From Eledone cirrhosa (taxonomy: Eukaryota), in assembly GCA_964016885.1 (NCBI GenBank), contig CAXHJY010001192.1, forward strand, positions 1-57,547: DNA of 57,547 bases, read 5' to 3'. This document shows positions 41,215 to 55,301 of the stretch, piece by piece. The notes under the pieces are model-generated. The model saw only the letters and a list, made by a program, of their open reading frames with translations. It was not told where the DNA came from and did not search any database. The translations under genes were made by a program, and so were the position numbers. How positions within the stretch are numbered: position 1 is the first letter of the stretch; each line of letters opens with the position of its first letter.

Positions 41215-41550
41215 AAAGAGTGTTAGTTGGACCTCTGCCGATTCCAACGATGAGTGTTTCAGTTGATTTGATCAACAGCCTGCTCATGAAATGAACATGC
41301 AAGTGATTCTGCATTGCACAGACATGCATACACCCAAGATAGTTCTCAGGGAGATTCAGTGTGATACAGTGTGTGTGTGTGTGTGTGTAACAGTGGCCCT
41401 TGGAATTATAGGTACAATGTATTTACTAGCTAATTAGACTGGAGCAACATGAAATAAAGTGTCTTACCAAAGGACACAACATGCCACTAGGATTGAACTC
41501 ATGGTGTTGCGATCATGAGCCAAACACTAACCACTAAGCCATGTGCCTTC
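41215..41550 (-). mobile_element. Diverged tRNA-type SINE, second family (related pieces at ~42180-42365 and 48770-48875)
   Basis: Minus strand reads tggcttagtggttag (A box) .. gagttcaatcc (B box) .. gtgtcctttggtaagacacttt. Confidence 0.7.
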
Positions 41551-41574
41551 ACTTTCAGTTTGAACATTGATTTG

Positions 41575-42000
41575 TATTCCAATGTCTGTAAACACAGCAA
41601 TACTCAGCACTGTACTATACTCCAATGTTTGTAAACAGCAATAATTATAATCAGCACTGTATTGTACTGTACTCCACTGTCTGTAAACACAGTAGTACTC
41701 AGCACTGTACACCAATGTCTAAACAGCAATATAGCAATACACAGCAATGTAGCAGTACTCAGCACTGCACTTCAATGTCTGTAAACATAGCTGTACTGTA
41801 CTTCAATGTCTAATCTCAACTGTACTGTACTCAAATGTCTAATCACAATTTTACTGTACTGTACTCCAATGTCTAATCACAACTGTACTGTGCGGTACTC
41901 CAATGTCTAATCACAACTGTACTGTGCAGTACTCCAATGTCTGTAAATGCAGCAGTACCATACTTCAATGTCTAAACACAGCAGTGCAACAGTATTCAAC
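41575..42000. repeat. Minisatellite (ctgtactgtactccaatgtctaatcacaa-like, ~30-45 bp)
   Basis: Seen directly. Confidence 0.8.
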
Positions 42001-42802
42001 AAAGATTTATGATCTATTGATAAAATGTCATATAGCTGTTTCAGTCTGTAATTGCTCCTGATCAAACATTAGTTAAATTAATTAAACAGAAAGTCTGTCT
42101 CAAGCCAAGAGTTTCATCAGGTTGGAGATTATCTTGATTTCATTTGTGTTAAGTGACTGAGAGCACAAGACTTTTCACTGGATGAGAAAGTAATCTATCA
42201 CAGGATTAACTCCCAGCTGCAGTTGGTACTCATTCTTTCAGCTGTGTAGACTAGACAGGAGCATTGTGATATGAAACTGAAGGACACATGCTACCAGGTC
42301 TGAAACTCAAACTCATGAACTTATCATGGGTCTAACACCCTAACCACTAAGCAGCATGTATTCAGGCTAACACAGTCTACTTCATTAGTCCACTTGATAT
42401 ATACAGTCACCTCAGCTGTACTGACTTGATTCATTCATCTGAATCTTATTCAATTAAACTACTCATTGATTGGTTAAAGTAAGAAATGTGTTCATTGGAT
42501 ACAGTTCCATCAGTTGAATTTACTGCAACTTATGAATGTGTGAGCAATCATCAAACAGATGAAAAAAGATTATCTTTATATTAATCCTCACTGTTATGCC
42601 ATGGCACATAGGTAAGTCATCAAAGCAAAACATATTGGTTATTCACAAATTACGTGTGTTCAAATATATTGTCAGTATGTGTTCAAATAAATTGTTAGTA
42701 TGTGTTTAAAAAAGTTGTCAGTCGTAGTAGAATAAAAGAAACATGTTACAAGATGTAATGAAAGGTATCCAACAGTAGAAAACTTGCCAAATATAAAATA
42801 TG

Positions 42803-43140
42803 ATGTAAACCTAGGCCTGTCTTAGAGGACGGTAGCTCTGATTAAATACACTTTGTCTGTTGTGACCTGTCACAGAAGACAGGAGCTCTGATTAAGTATA
42901 CTTGGTCTGTTGTGACCTGTCACAGTTATGTGAACCTAGGCCTGCCTTAGAGGACAGTAGCTCTGATTAATTATATTTGGTCTGTTGTGACTTGTCACAG
43001 CTATGTGAACCTAGGTCTGTCACAAAGGACAGTAGCTCTGATTGAGTACAATTGGTCTGTAGTGATGTGTCCCACATATGTGAACCTAGGTCTATCTTAG
43101 AGGACAGTAGTGAACTTGATCTGTAGTGACCTGTCCCACC
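42803..43140. repeat. ~75-bp minisatellite inside an old RTE-type 3' end (42760-43180)
   Basis: Units of gtgaacctagg..aggacagtagctctgatt..ggtctgttgtgacctgtcacag, flanked by atccaacagtagaaaac and gcatggaaggactgacataaaa(tga)n. Confidence 0.75.
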
Positions 43141-43198
43141 TATGCTGGCATGGAAGGACTGACATAAAATGATGATGATGAATCTGTAAGATAATAAT

Positions 43199-43386
43199 TG
43201 TTTCTACTTTTGGCACAAGGCCAGAAACTAACCAGTGCATTACTGGTACTTTATTTTATCGACCCTGTAAGGATGAAAAGCAAAGTTAACCTCGGCAGGA
43301 TTTGAACTCAGAATGGCAAGGGCCGTAACTCTATACGTCAAAGCATAGCATCCGACCCTCTACCGATACTGCCAATCCACCGCCCT
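43199..43386 (-). mobile_element. tRNA-derived SINE, full length, with ~18-bp TSD
   Basis: aatctgtaagataataat occurs at 43181 and 43388. A box tggcagtatcggt and B box gagttcaaatcc. Confidence 0.88.
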
Positions 43387-44479
43387 AATCTGTAAGATAA
43401 TAATAAATTTGATATTCATGCAACTCAGTAAAAATCAGCTCCTGTTTTAAAGGAGAAGAGAGAAAGGAGTCAGCAACACCAACCTCATGTTTAGATTATT
43501 ATCTAAATAAAGAAGAGCAAAAAGCCAAACTTACTATCTTCAATTTGGTAGGAGACTCAGAGGTAGACCATGAGCAATATGGTTGGAAACATCCATGAGC
43601 TCGGTTGGTCTTGCTTGGAAGTCTAGCCTGATCAATTGGATATGGTTGCTACTGACAGGACCCACTGAAAGGAGTGCTTGAGAACTCTTACCCCATGATG
43701 TTCCCAGGGATTAGAGGGTAAAGAGGAAGGAGAGAAACTGCAAAATTACCAGGTGTTTGAAAATGAATAGCTCAGTTTAAAGTTATCAATATGATTATGT
43801 AGCTATCAACTTCGCAAATCTATTACATCATTGTAAATAAATAGAATGAAATAAAGAACCACACTGAAGTACAAAATAAAATGTTTAAACAAAGATAAAA
43901 TGTTTGTCAAAGTCACTTTAAGTTTAAAAAGTTCTTCTAGAAAGGTAAAACAAAACCGCATGAGGCTTAAAATCAAAGAACATAATTGCATCTTCTTAAA
44001 AATCTAAATATCACAATATATAAAAAAAGGCAAAGGTCAAATAAATTTACAGATTTTTTTATTTCTTTATATAAACCCACTTCAAAAGCCTCAAAAGGTC
44101 ATATGTATGAAACAGAATTTTTTATCCCTTTATTATTATTATTACTATTATTTTAATATTTTTTTTTTTTTTTTTTTTTTCGCTATTTTATTAGTTGTGC
44201 ATCACATGTTATTTCAAAATGGTTTTTCTTTTTCTTTAAAAAAAAGTGCCATTTCTTTTAAAAGGTGACCAGTGGAGGGAAGGAAATAAAGGTTGTTGAA
44301 AAAACTTTTTAAAAAATGTTCTATCTATCTATCTATCCATCCATCAATGGGTCCTGAACCCCTGATTGTGTCATAGGGATGCTGTCGTAATACACAGCAC
44401 AACATAACTTGTACATTTTAGACCTGCTAAAGGTGATTACTTCCAGAGAAATAAGAGAGAAAGAGAGAGGAAAGATTGA

Positions 44480-44890
44480 TCAAACATATGACTGGTACTT
44501 TAATCTACCTTGAATAGATGAAAGTTGACAAAGGTCGGAGTTGAACTGAGAGTGAACTGTGTGGGGGGCGGGTTTACCACAGTACTGGACTAGTACTTTA
44601 TCAACCTTGAGGGGGTTAAAGGTCAGAGTTGAACAGAAAGTGAAGTGGGGTGGAGTTGATCACAATAATGGACTTACTTTATCGAACCTGAAAGGGAGAA
44701 AGATCAGAGTTGAACTGAGAGTGAAGTGTGTGTGTGTGTGTGTGTGAGGGGGGGGGGGGGGGGTTTAGTACTGGACTGGTACTTTTATCAACCTTGAGAG
44801 GATAAAAGGCTTATTTGAACTCCAGAGAGCTGAAATAAATACACCAGGTATTCTATCAGATGTTCTAACAACCCTGCCAATGTGACACCT
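44480..44890 (-). repeat. Degenerate SINE with tandemly reiterated core (about 4 units)
   Basis: Repeated gactggtactttatcaaccttga..aaaggtcagagttgaactgagagtgaa. Confidence 0.55.
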
Positions 44891-45025
44891 ATTATTATTA
44901 TTTTACATGGTTGTTAAAAATAAATAATTATTTAAAGAAAAAAAAAACACTTTTTCGGGCCGAATAAATGGTCAAAGATGTTAAAATAAGAAGTATTGTA
45001 GCATATATGGTGATGGTGGTAGTGT

Positions 45026-45056
<31 letters not shown>

Positions 45057-48000
45057 GGGGGGTAAAGGAGTCTACAAAATGGTGTTGGTTGTTTTTTTCC
45101 AGAGTATTTTGCTTTACGAGCATAAGAACACCAACAAACAAGTAAACACACAAATCTAAAATTGCAATATAACATTTTTTTTTTTTTTTTACAGAATTCA
45201 TTACAAATTGTTTCTGTCTAGGATTTTCTTTTATTTTTCTATTTCTCAAAATAAAAAACAAAAATAAACATCAAAAATACATATGATAATATTTCTTTTA
45301 AAGGATGATCAATGTCATGTCAAAATAGACGACTATATTCACAACCAAATCTAACAAAACATTACCTCTTCTACAGTTGGAACAATCAAATTGGGGGGAG
45401 CTAAAAGACAACCCATTTACATGGCACAATTTACATTTTGGCATCATCATCGTTTTATATATATGTGTGTGTGTGTGTGTGATTGTATATATATATATAT
45501 ATATATAATATTAAATATTATCCAATTACAAGTATGAGAAGAGCTCAATGTAAAATAACACATACTACAGAGCCAAAATACTTTATAAACAATCAAAGAG
45601 TGTTTAAAACATTTAATCACTTACAATCGTTTCATCCTAGCACAAGGCTGGGATCTTTGCTCTCTTTTCTTATATAAATGTTGATACTTATGCCTACTTC
45701 CCATATTATATATCCTCAAAATGTTCTTCACAAACTTCTGATATCATATTTGTGTTTCAACCTTTATTATATACTCCGATGATCCCGGCCTAGTGCTAGG
45801 ATTAAACAGTCATAAGTGATTAAATGTTTTATGGCAGTTTAACATTATCCATACGCATTGTGTTGGTCTTCAAAATTTAAATTTGTGTTTCCTATTAAAC
45901 AATGCTTCAAGCAAGCTACAAAACTCTATTCTTTGATTGTTATTTATAAAGTATATATATATATATATATATATAGTGAAAGAGTGAAGAATAACATGGT
46001 CAACAGTACAAAAAGGGTTTTATTTACAGTATTAACAATTGTTTCATTGATTAAGTTGTCTAAGAATTGCTAATCACTTGAAGTTGTGTCATTCAATTTC
46101 TGATTTGATTAAGCATACTGAAAATTTCCGATTTGATTAAGCATACTTTGTACTGTTGACCATGTTATTCTTCATTCTTTCACTATTATTACTCCAAGAT
46201 TAACCTGCATAGGAATTCCCGAGAACTCGCAAACTCGCTACCTAAGGAAACCTCTTGTTGAGTCAAACAACGCTGTATGCTAAAACTATCCACAATACGG
46301 AGTATTCACAACCTCTAACTGGATTACCTATAACAATAATTTGTTATCCTATATATATATATATATTTATGAACATACATATGTATATATATATATATAT
46401 ATATTTATGTATATATATATATATACATATATATAATATATGTATATTTATGTATATATATATATATATATATAATATATGTATATTTATGTATATATAT
46501 ATATATATATATGATATATGTATATTTATGTATATATATATATATAATATATGTATATTTATGTATATATATATATATATATGATATATGTATATTTATG
46601 TATATATATAGGTATATATATATATATATACCTACACACATACATATGTATATATGTGTGTGTGCGTATGTATATACATATGTATATATATATATATATA
46701 TATTTATGTATATCTGTTTATGTCACGTCAGAGAATGTTTTGAAGTGACAGCAGTTTCTCAAGTGGCATTACTTATTAACTTATAAACAAATTCTAATCT
46801 GGAATCTTTTCACTTGTTGCATTGTATTGGATGTATATGTGCATGTGAGTGTGTGTCTGTGCATGCACATATGTGTAATAGGTAATGTAGGTAAGTATGA
46901 GTGTGCATGTATGTATGTGTATGTATAGGTATGTGCATGAACATGTATGTATGTATGTAGAAAGGCAATGTACGACATTTGCTGACCTTTTTATACTGCA
47001 AGACATTTTAGTTTTTTAGACAACACAGATTCTTTTATTTGTGAAATAGATTTTATAAAAGGGGGAAAAAGAAATGGAATTGAAAAATAAAACCAATGCA
47101 AGATGTTTCAGATACCTTTTAGATACAATTTCAGACTTTAAAAAAAAAAAAAAATGTAAAAAATAAATAAAAAATCAGATATATGCAGTGATTGGGATCC
47201 TTTACTAGAAGAGAGTTAAGAAGTTTGGTTGAAATTACTATAATTAATGGTTTTTTAAAAATATTAGATAGATATATGTTTAGGCATTATTACATCGTCA
47301 AGAAGACTATTCACATTCAGTGAACATAGCATTGGCCAAGAGGCATTGATGTCATCTACAAAAAAATGTTAATGTGTATCTTTGGTGTTGGTGATGTAGA
47401 ACATATTGCTGTCAATTTATTTGTCACTGCTAGAAGATATCAACATATTTCTGTTCATGTATAACTTCTCATTTTGGGGAGGGGGGGGGGGCTGTTGTTA
47501 GTATTGCTAAATATGTTTGAGAGATTAGTGAGTGCATTAAAGATTTGTTAAATGCACATTATCAATTCCTTTCAGAAACATGGTTCAAAAGAATATTAAC
47601 ATTTGTACAGGATATATATATATAGAGAGAATTAGGATGTTCACTCCAACGTAGCAGTATACATACATGTATGTTAATTTTGTATATATTGGATAATATG
47701 TATGTTTATGAATAAACATTTGAAAGCCTTGAGCTATGGATTTTAAAGGTGATGACTGGCACCATCTACCTTGTACCAACAGAAACAAACCAGAAACAGT
47801 AACAGTGCTGTCGTTTGCTTCCCCCTTGCTTCGTTTGGAACAAGGTAGAAGGCACCAGTCATCACCCTTAAAATTCATAACTAAAGGCTTTCAAATGTTT
47901 ATTCATAAATGTATCGTATATCACCCAATATACAAACTTTGCATACATGTATGTGTACATGTTGGAGCAAACATCCTAATTCTATGTCTTGTTCTGCCAA

Positions 48001-48059
48001 GCCAGCCTACAGCTCCATATGGAAATGAGGCTAATCAGTCCATATACATAAGCGTTTAA

Positions 48060-48270
48060 CCCTTTACCATTCACATGACTCTATACATACTATTATATTT
48101 TCATGATAAAGGCTTTACCTCGCATAATTATCTCACATAATATCGAATCTATGAGATTTTGAAAGTATTTATTTTTAGAACAATACCTTAACATCAGTTT
48201 GAGCAACCAGTTACAGCCAGTTTCAACAGAAAAGGGGTAGAGAATTTTGGCCGGTTTGAACATTAAAGGG
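48060..48270. mobile_element. piggyBac-type MITE
   Basis: TTAA at 48056-48059 and 48271-48274, with inverted termini cccttta/taaaggg. Confidence 0.7.
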
Positions 48271-48875
48271 TTAAACCATGTTTGTAGCTTATTTGAGTTC
48301 CAATATGAAGCAAGGAAGGGTGCATAATCTTGACAATGGCCACACAGCCAGAAACACCACTGTCAGTTGCTTCCCCCTCTCTCAGCTAAAGGCTTTCGAA
48401 AGTTTATTCATAAACATCATTATTATCTGAAATACATTATATGTATATATATATATAGGGAGAGAGAAGAGGGAATATCATGAAAAAATAGGCAACATTT
48501 GTTGAAGATTGAAGAAATATTTATTGATGTAGCAGATACACAAACATGTGTTTCAGTGCAGTTACACAACGGCCTGTAAAATCTAGATTGTTATGTAATC
48601 CGCTATAATGCAATGTGCTACTACCATACGCACATCATCCAAGTAACTGCTGAAAACTGTGCACATTACAATAACATATAACTGCCTACAAAAAAACGAG
48701 AACCTACACTATCTTGCAAATATATGTGTATGTATGTATGTGTGTGTATATATATATGTGTGCGTGTCAAGGCTTGTGGCTACTCATAATCGTGGATTCA
48801 CAATTATGAGGTTGTGATTTTGATTCCTGAACCGGGTGATGCATTATGTCCTTGAGCAAGACACTTTATTTCATG

Positions 48876-49709
48876 TATAGCGAGACTCACCCCACAGATA
48901 AGAAAAATAGAAGAAGGAAAAACATGTATTTTAACCCACCTTTTAACTCTGAGGTCCTCACTAACCTCCCCAGAGTATTCTTCTCATTATTGGAAAAAAA
49001 CTTCCCACCAGGCAATAGATATCGCAACATAATTAACAAAAACGTAATTAAATTATCCTATTCGACCACACCTAACCTCGCATCACACCTAGCACGCACG
49101 AACATTAGGAAAACTAGGGAAGGTTTCAAAGCAATTAAAATGGCAGTTAACCACCAGCAACCGACTACACTGGAAAATGGGCAACATAATAGCATCAATG
49201 AGCCATCTAATGATATAGAGGCACCTAGTGATAATGCTAGTAACCAAACTTCGGGAGGTACGCTAACTAATCGAACCCGCAGTTGCAATAGTAGGCGGAG
49301 TAGTAATTGTCCCCTAAAGGGGGATTGCCTCATGAAAAACATCGTATATGCATGTGACGTAACCACACACAACTCTACCAAAACATATATAGGAGCAACG
49401 TCCAATACATTTAAAACTAGATTTAACGCGCATATGTACACATTTAGACACGATAGACATAAGAATGCCACCTCACTGGTGGTATACATCTCCTTTTTAA
49501 AAAATAATAGTACCCCATACAAACTTTTTTGGAGGAAGCTTACTAGATCCACGCCATACCGACCGCAGAGCGGAAGTTGTGACCTGTGTTTACTGGAATG
49601 CCATGCCATAATACACTCTAAACTGAACCTGCTTAACAGGAAATCGGAAATTTTCTCCTCTCGCCAACACAAAATCTTGAGTTCCTTCTATTTTAAACCT
49701 AGCACATAG
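48876..49709 (+). mobile_element. Penelope-like element 4 fragment (linker + GIY-YIG), joined directly to a SINE head
   Basis: YFNPPFN, IKLSYS, CPLKGDCL, NIVY..YIGAT, CDLC..E, LNRKSEI. The first codons of the called ORF come from the SINE at 48770-48875. Confidence 0.88.
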
Positions 49710-51540
49710 ACGTAACATATATCACGCAACCCCCACCTAGACTATAGCTCCCCCTCCCCGCCCCAACCCGTAACCCAGATAGATAGGTACCCTAAGGGTG
49801 GTACAGTCTCCTACAAAGTTGGTGTTTTTGCGTGTGTGTGTGTGTGTGTATGTGTGTGTGTGGGGGTATTCTCCTTTTCTCTCTCACACACACACACATA
49901 CATATGTATGTGTGTGCATGCGTGTGTGCATGCATGCATGCAAGTGTGCGTGCATTGTATGCATGTATATTGTATATATGTATATATATATGTATATTGT
50001 ATGCATGCGTATTATATTGTGTGTATGTGTATATGTGTATGTGTGAGTGTATGATGTGTGTATATATGTGTATATGTATGTATACTTTTCTGTAGAAATC
50101 CTCTCTATATGTGGTGTGTGGCACGAATTCCTCCTATAATACTCTTCTTTGAGAGGAGCACGATATGCAGAGTAACACATATGTATTGTCGAAGTTGAAA
50201 CTGAGAACCACCACCCCTCCTGCTGACCCAAATGTTTACTGAGGACCAGAACACCATTCTCCGCAATATAAGAGAGAAATGCGCTTGCCGGACTATTGAT
50301 GACCATAACATCACATTCCAAGGTAATGGCAAAACACAGTGAATGCTATGCACGACCAGAATACCACAACATGCACATCTGAGCAACACAGATATAATAT
50401 CAATAGGCGAATCAACTGAATTTTTTGAGTTGAAATACATATGGATATGTGTCTGTGTGTATCGGACACACGTACACATAAAGAAGCTGCTGACCTAAAT
50501 GTACCTGTCATGTCTGTCTGAATTCCTAAGGGAATTTTCGGCCAGTTGCTGTCTTGACCGATTGTAGTACCAGTGGGTGAATCAATTGAGTTTTTTGAGT
50601 TGAAATACATATAAATGTGTGTATGTGGGTGTCGGACACATGTACACATAAAGAAGCTGCTGACCTAAATGTACCTGTCATGCCTGTCTGAATTCCTAAG
50701 AGAATTTTCGGTCAGTTGCTGACTTGACCGATTAACCCCACAATTACTACGTAGCGGTTCTTGCACGTGACTGCTGGACCCGGATGAAACGAAGACGAAG
50801 AATTTCCTTGAGTACCGTTTTGTACCAGATGCGATCTCACCCTGCCTCGTTGATGTTCTATCGACACCAAAGTTCAATGTTCGGGCTAATAGAATTGAAT
50901 CCAACCACCAACAACATAGCTGGATGACCGATAATCACACCAAACCGGAGTACTGTGATCCTTGTGATTTCGAGATATACAACCACTGACACTGTTACGA
51001 AGACCAGAAAACCATACTCCATAATATTGAACCAAGTGATTGATTTGTGCGACCAAAATAACACCACACACATATTGAACTAGGAATATTGGATCCTCCG
51101 TCAATGTCCGGGTGAGCAAAAATAGATTTCTATCTGCATTGGAATTTACGAACTTGTGCATCTGCTGTGGTGTCAAAAACAAACGCGCATGACTGCACAG
51201 ATAAACAATGGACTATGCCACGTGGCTTGAACCTGTAAGTGAATTGAAGGTTCTGTAACTCTGATACACAGATTATTTATTATTAAGATGTATAAACTTG
51301 ACATAACTTTTATCTTCTTATATTCTCTCAACTAATCACATTTGATCATATTTCTCTATCCCGTTTTTTCCCCCCATAATTATAATATTTTTATTTTTAT
51401 TTTTATTTGAAAAAATCGTTTTTACATTGTTTTCCCCTTCAAATATTCGCTTATATTTCTTTATATATTCTCTATATATTTTTTTATATATATATTTTTA
51501 TATCTTTATTCTTATTTTCACTTTTATCCTCCTTTATATA

Positions 51541-54500
51541 TTGTTAGATATGCCTACTGGCTGTAGTAGGTTTTACTATGTATTTAGGTAAGGCGGGTCT
51601 TCTCTGTTACTGAGTACCGCCAAAGGTCTCGGTCCAGTGACATTGTCTTGGAGAGGTGTAAGTGTGTGAGGTCGGAGTTTATCAGCTCGTCCCAGGTTTT
51701 TCTAGGTCTGCCTATTCCGTGGCTACCGTCTATCTTTATTGCCCTGCACTTTGTTATACAGCTATCGACTTTCATGCGCATCACGTGTCCATACCAACGT
51801 AGCCTTCTCTCGAGTAAACAACATCTGATCCCTCTTATTTCTAATTTTTTCCTTAGTTCGTTTATGCTTTGCCGTTCACGTATATTACTGTTACACATCC
51901 AGCGGAGCATGCAAGCTTCGTTCCTCTCTAGTCTGCGTATATCTTCTACACACAATGCCCAGGTCTCACTGCCATGCAACATTGCTGTTCGTATGCAGGC
52001 ATCGTACAACCTGCCTTTCATTTTTAGGGAGAACCCTTTAGCAGCTAATAGTGGTATAAGCTCTCTGAACTTTTTCCAACCAGTTCTGACTCTAGCTACT
52101 GTACTTTCAGAGCACCCTCCCCCACTGCTGATTTTATCACCCAGGTAACGGAAGCTGTCCACTATTTCTATAGAACCCTCTGCGCAATTGAAAGAGCTAG
52201 TATTTTGTGGGCACTTGCTGCTACTTATTGCACCAGAGCACCGGCCACATGTAAAATCTATGTTCTTAGTTAGCTCACCTGTGATCCCACTACATCTTTT
52301 ATGCACCCATACTTTGCATTTAGGACATAAAATGGAGTTTCTACCTACGCCTTTCCTACACACCGAGCACGACCATTTCCCAGAAGGGACCGCCGCCTTA
52401 TTTTCTTTCCTACAAACTAGAACTTTAGTCTTAGCCAGGTTAATTTTAAGTCCTTTTGATTCTAGGCCTTGCTTCCATGTTTGGAATTTCTTCTCTAGCT
52501 CGGCCATTGATTCCGCTACGAGTGTCAGGTCGTCTGCGTATAAGAGTTCCCATGGGCAGCCGGTCTTGAACTCCTCTGTTATAGCCTGAAGGGCAATAAT
52601 AAATAGTAGGGGGCTGAGAACAGAGCCCTGATGGACACCAACTTTTACGCTAAACTCTTCACTATATTCGTTGTTAATTCTAACCTTGCTGACTGTTTCT
52701 TTATACATGGCTTGTATAGCTCTCACAAGCCATTCGTCAACGCCTAGTTTTCTAAGAGCCCACCAGATAATGGAGCGGGGGACTCTGTCGAAGGCTTTCT
52801 CCAAGTCGACAAAAGCTAAGTAGAGGGGTTTACCTTTAGCTAGGTACTTCTCCTGTAGTTGTCGTACAATGAAAAGAGCGTCTGTGGTACTTTTGCCTGA
52901 CACAAACCCGAACTGCATTTCATCTAGGTCAATTCTCTCTCTGATTAGTTGTGCTATTACTTTTTCCGTGACCTTCATGACCTGGTCGATTAATTTAATG
53001 CCTCTATAGTTACTCCTATCTAGGGCGTCTCCTTTACCCTTATAACAGTTAACGATGATGCTGCTATGCCAGTCCTTCGGAACAACCCCATTCTGTACGA
53101 CTTGGTTAACTATGCGGGTGACCATGGTGTGTCCCACCGTGCCAGATGCCTTCAGCATCTCAGCAACTATTTCCGAAGGCCCAGCCGCCTTACCCGTCTT
53201 CATATCCTTGATTGCCTTACTTATTATACTCCCCTCGACTAACACTGCTGGTCCCTCTATTGGGTCGATATGGGGGAGACTGTCTTTCTCCCATTTATTC
53301 TCCTCATTTAGTAGCCTTTCATAGTGACACTTCCAAGCTACCTTCTTATCAGCGTCGGTGATGGCAAGTATGCCGTCATCGTTAAGTACACACTTCTCCC
53401 CGACAATATCACGGTTTTCCTTGACGCATTGCGTAGCAAGCCTGAACACCTCACGTTTGTGGTCCTCGCGTTGTAGAACATGCTTGAACTTTCTTTCCTC
53501 AGCTTCCCTTCTTGCTAAGTACACTTGTCTCCTAGCTTCCCTCCTAGCCACTTGATAGTCTTCTCTACTTCCCTCATCCCGCCATACTTTCCAAGCCTGC
53601 TTTTTGGCCTTAATTGACCCCTCCACCTTACTGTTCCACCACCATGTTACTCTCCTCCTGCCTACAGGCCTGCTCCAGCCACAGACTTCGTCTGTCGCCA
53701 TCAGCAGCTTTGCTTTCAGAAATTCCCACTGTCCCTCTATATTGTCCGACTCTAAATGTTCTTCCTTACTGTCGAAAGCATCAAGTAATATGCTTTGAAA
53801 TTTATTTCTGGCTGTGGGGTCCTTTAGCTTCCATATTTTTCTCCTGAGGATAGTCCTCTTCTGCTGTCGAGTACGTCTCGTCCTGACTATGAGGTCGCTA
53901 ATTATCAGTCTATGCTGGGAGGTGCATTCTTCATGGGGGAGGGATTTAGTGTTTACAACAGACACTCTGCCACGTCTTCTGGTAAGGATATAATCTACCT
54001 GGCTTGTGTGTTCCCCGGATCTATAGGTGATCAGGTGATTGTCACGTTTTTTGAAGTTAGTGTTACAGATAGTTAGGTTATTTGCATCACAGAATTCCAG
54101 GATTCTGGAGCCTTCCTCATTTCTAGTACCAAACCCATAGCCTCCATGGATTTCGTCGTAGCCGTCACAATGTTGTCCAACGTGACCATTTAGGTCGCCT
54201 GCAATAATTATATAGTCACTGTCGGATATTTGGGAGGTAGTTAGCATCAGTGTCTCGTAGAATCTGTCTTTTATAGTGCCGGGCAGTCCGGATTGGGGTG
54301 CGTACGCAGATATTACTGTCACCGTAGTTCTATTGAGGACAAGTCGTATTTTAATTATTCTGTCGTTCACTCTATTTACGTCTATTATCTTATCTGCCCA
54401 CTTTTCTGCTACCATGATTCCTACTCCACCCAGCCCATCGTCGTTTCCCACCCAGAAAAGCTTATAACATCGTTTTTTACCCTCAATGAATCTAGCAGAC

Positions 54501-55268
54501 CCACCCCTCCACCTGGTCTCTTGAATACAACAAACATCGACCTCCTTACGTTCAAGCATTTCTACAACCTCGTTAGCGCGACCCTTTAGGGTGCCTACAT
54601 TTATGGTACCAACTCTGAAGTTTTGGATTGCGTTTGGGGGTTGGGGGCGGTGGGGGGCGGTGGGGGGCGGTGGGGTTATGTTAGCCGTCCGCGGTCGAAA
54701 CAATGAGGAGTGCTCGCATTCTCGTCCACGAGGTGAATTTGTCTTTATCTTTATCTTTGGCATTGTCGCTGAGCATCCAGATTTTTCTCTCTCTCCTCCA
54801 CTCTCCAGTATTCCGCAGTCCATCCATCCATCATATATCGAGAGGCAACCAGGCAAGCGATAGTATAGGCCTCTGGCTTATGATTGGTCCGCGTAATAAT
54901 AATACTGGTGATGCGTGGGGGCTCTGGCTTATGATTGGTCCACGTAATAACAATGGTGGTGCGTGGGGGCGGGAGGGAGGGGTGTTGGGTAGCTAGATAG
55001 AAGGTAATGATTGAATGAGGTCCTTGCATTTAACAAGCGATAAACAAAAATACAAAATTTGTTCTGTTCAATACGACAAAAACTCTCGTATCTAACAATT
55101 AATGATAACAAAAAAATGTAGATTGTTTTAGCAATAGATTGGCTATTTGGACTTGATACGAAGTAGGAGTGTGGAGGTAGAGATGAAAGAAAAATATGTA
55201 CATTACGTTACATGAATATCGTGGAGGTGACAGCAATGCAATGAAATTTGGCGAAGTGATTTCTATCT

Positions 55269-55301
<33 letters not shown>

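Noticed and set aside
41575-43140. CRISPR-like repeat arrays
   Set aside because: Degenerate tandem units without unique spacers, no cas genes, and eukaryotic context.
50238-50290. CTGAGGA...GAAA hammerhead candidate
   Set aside because: No stem II closes between the boxes, and there is no valid stem I or NUH site.
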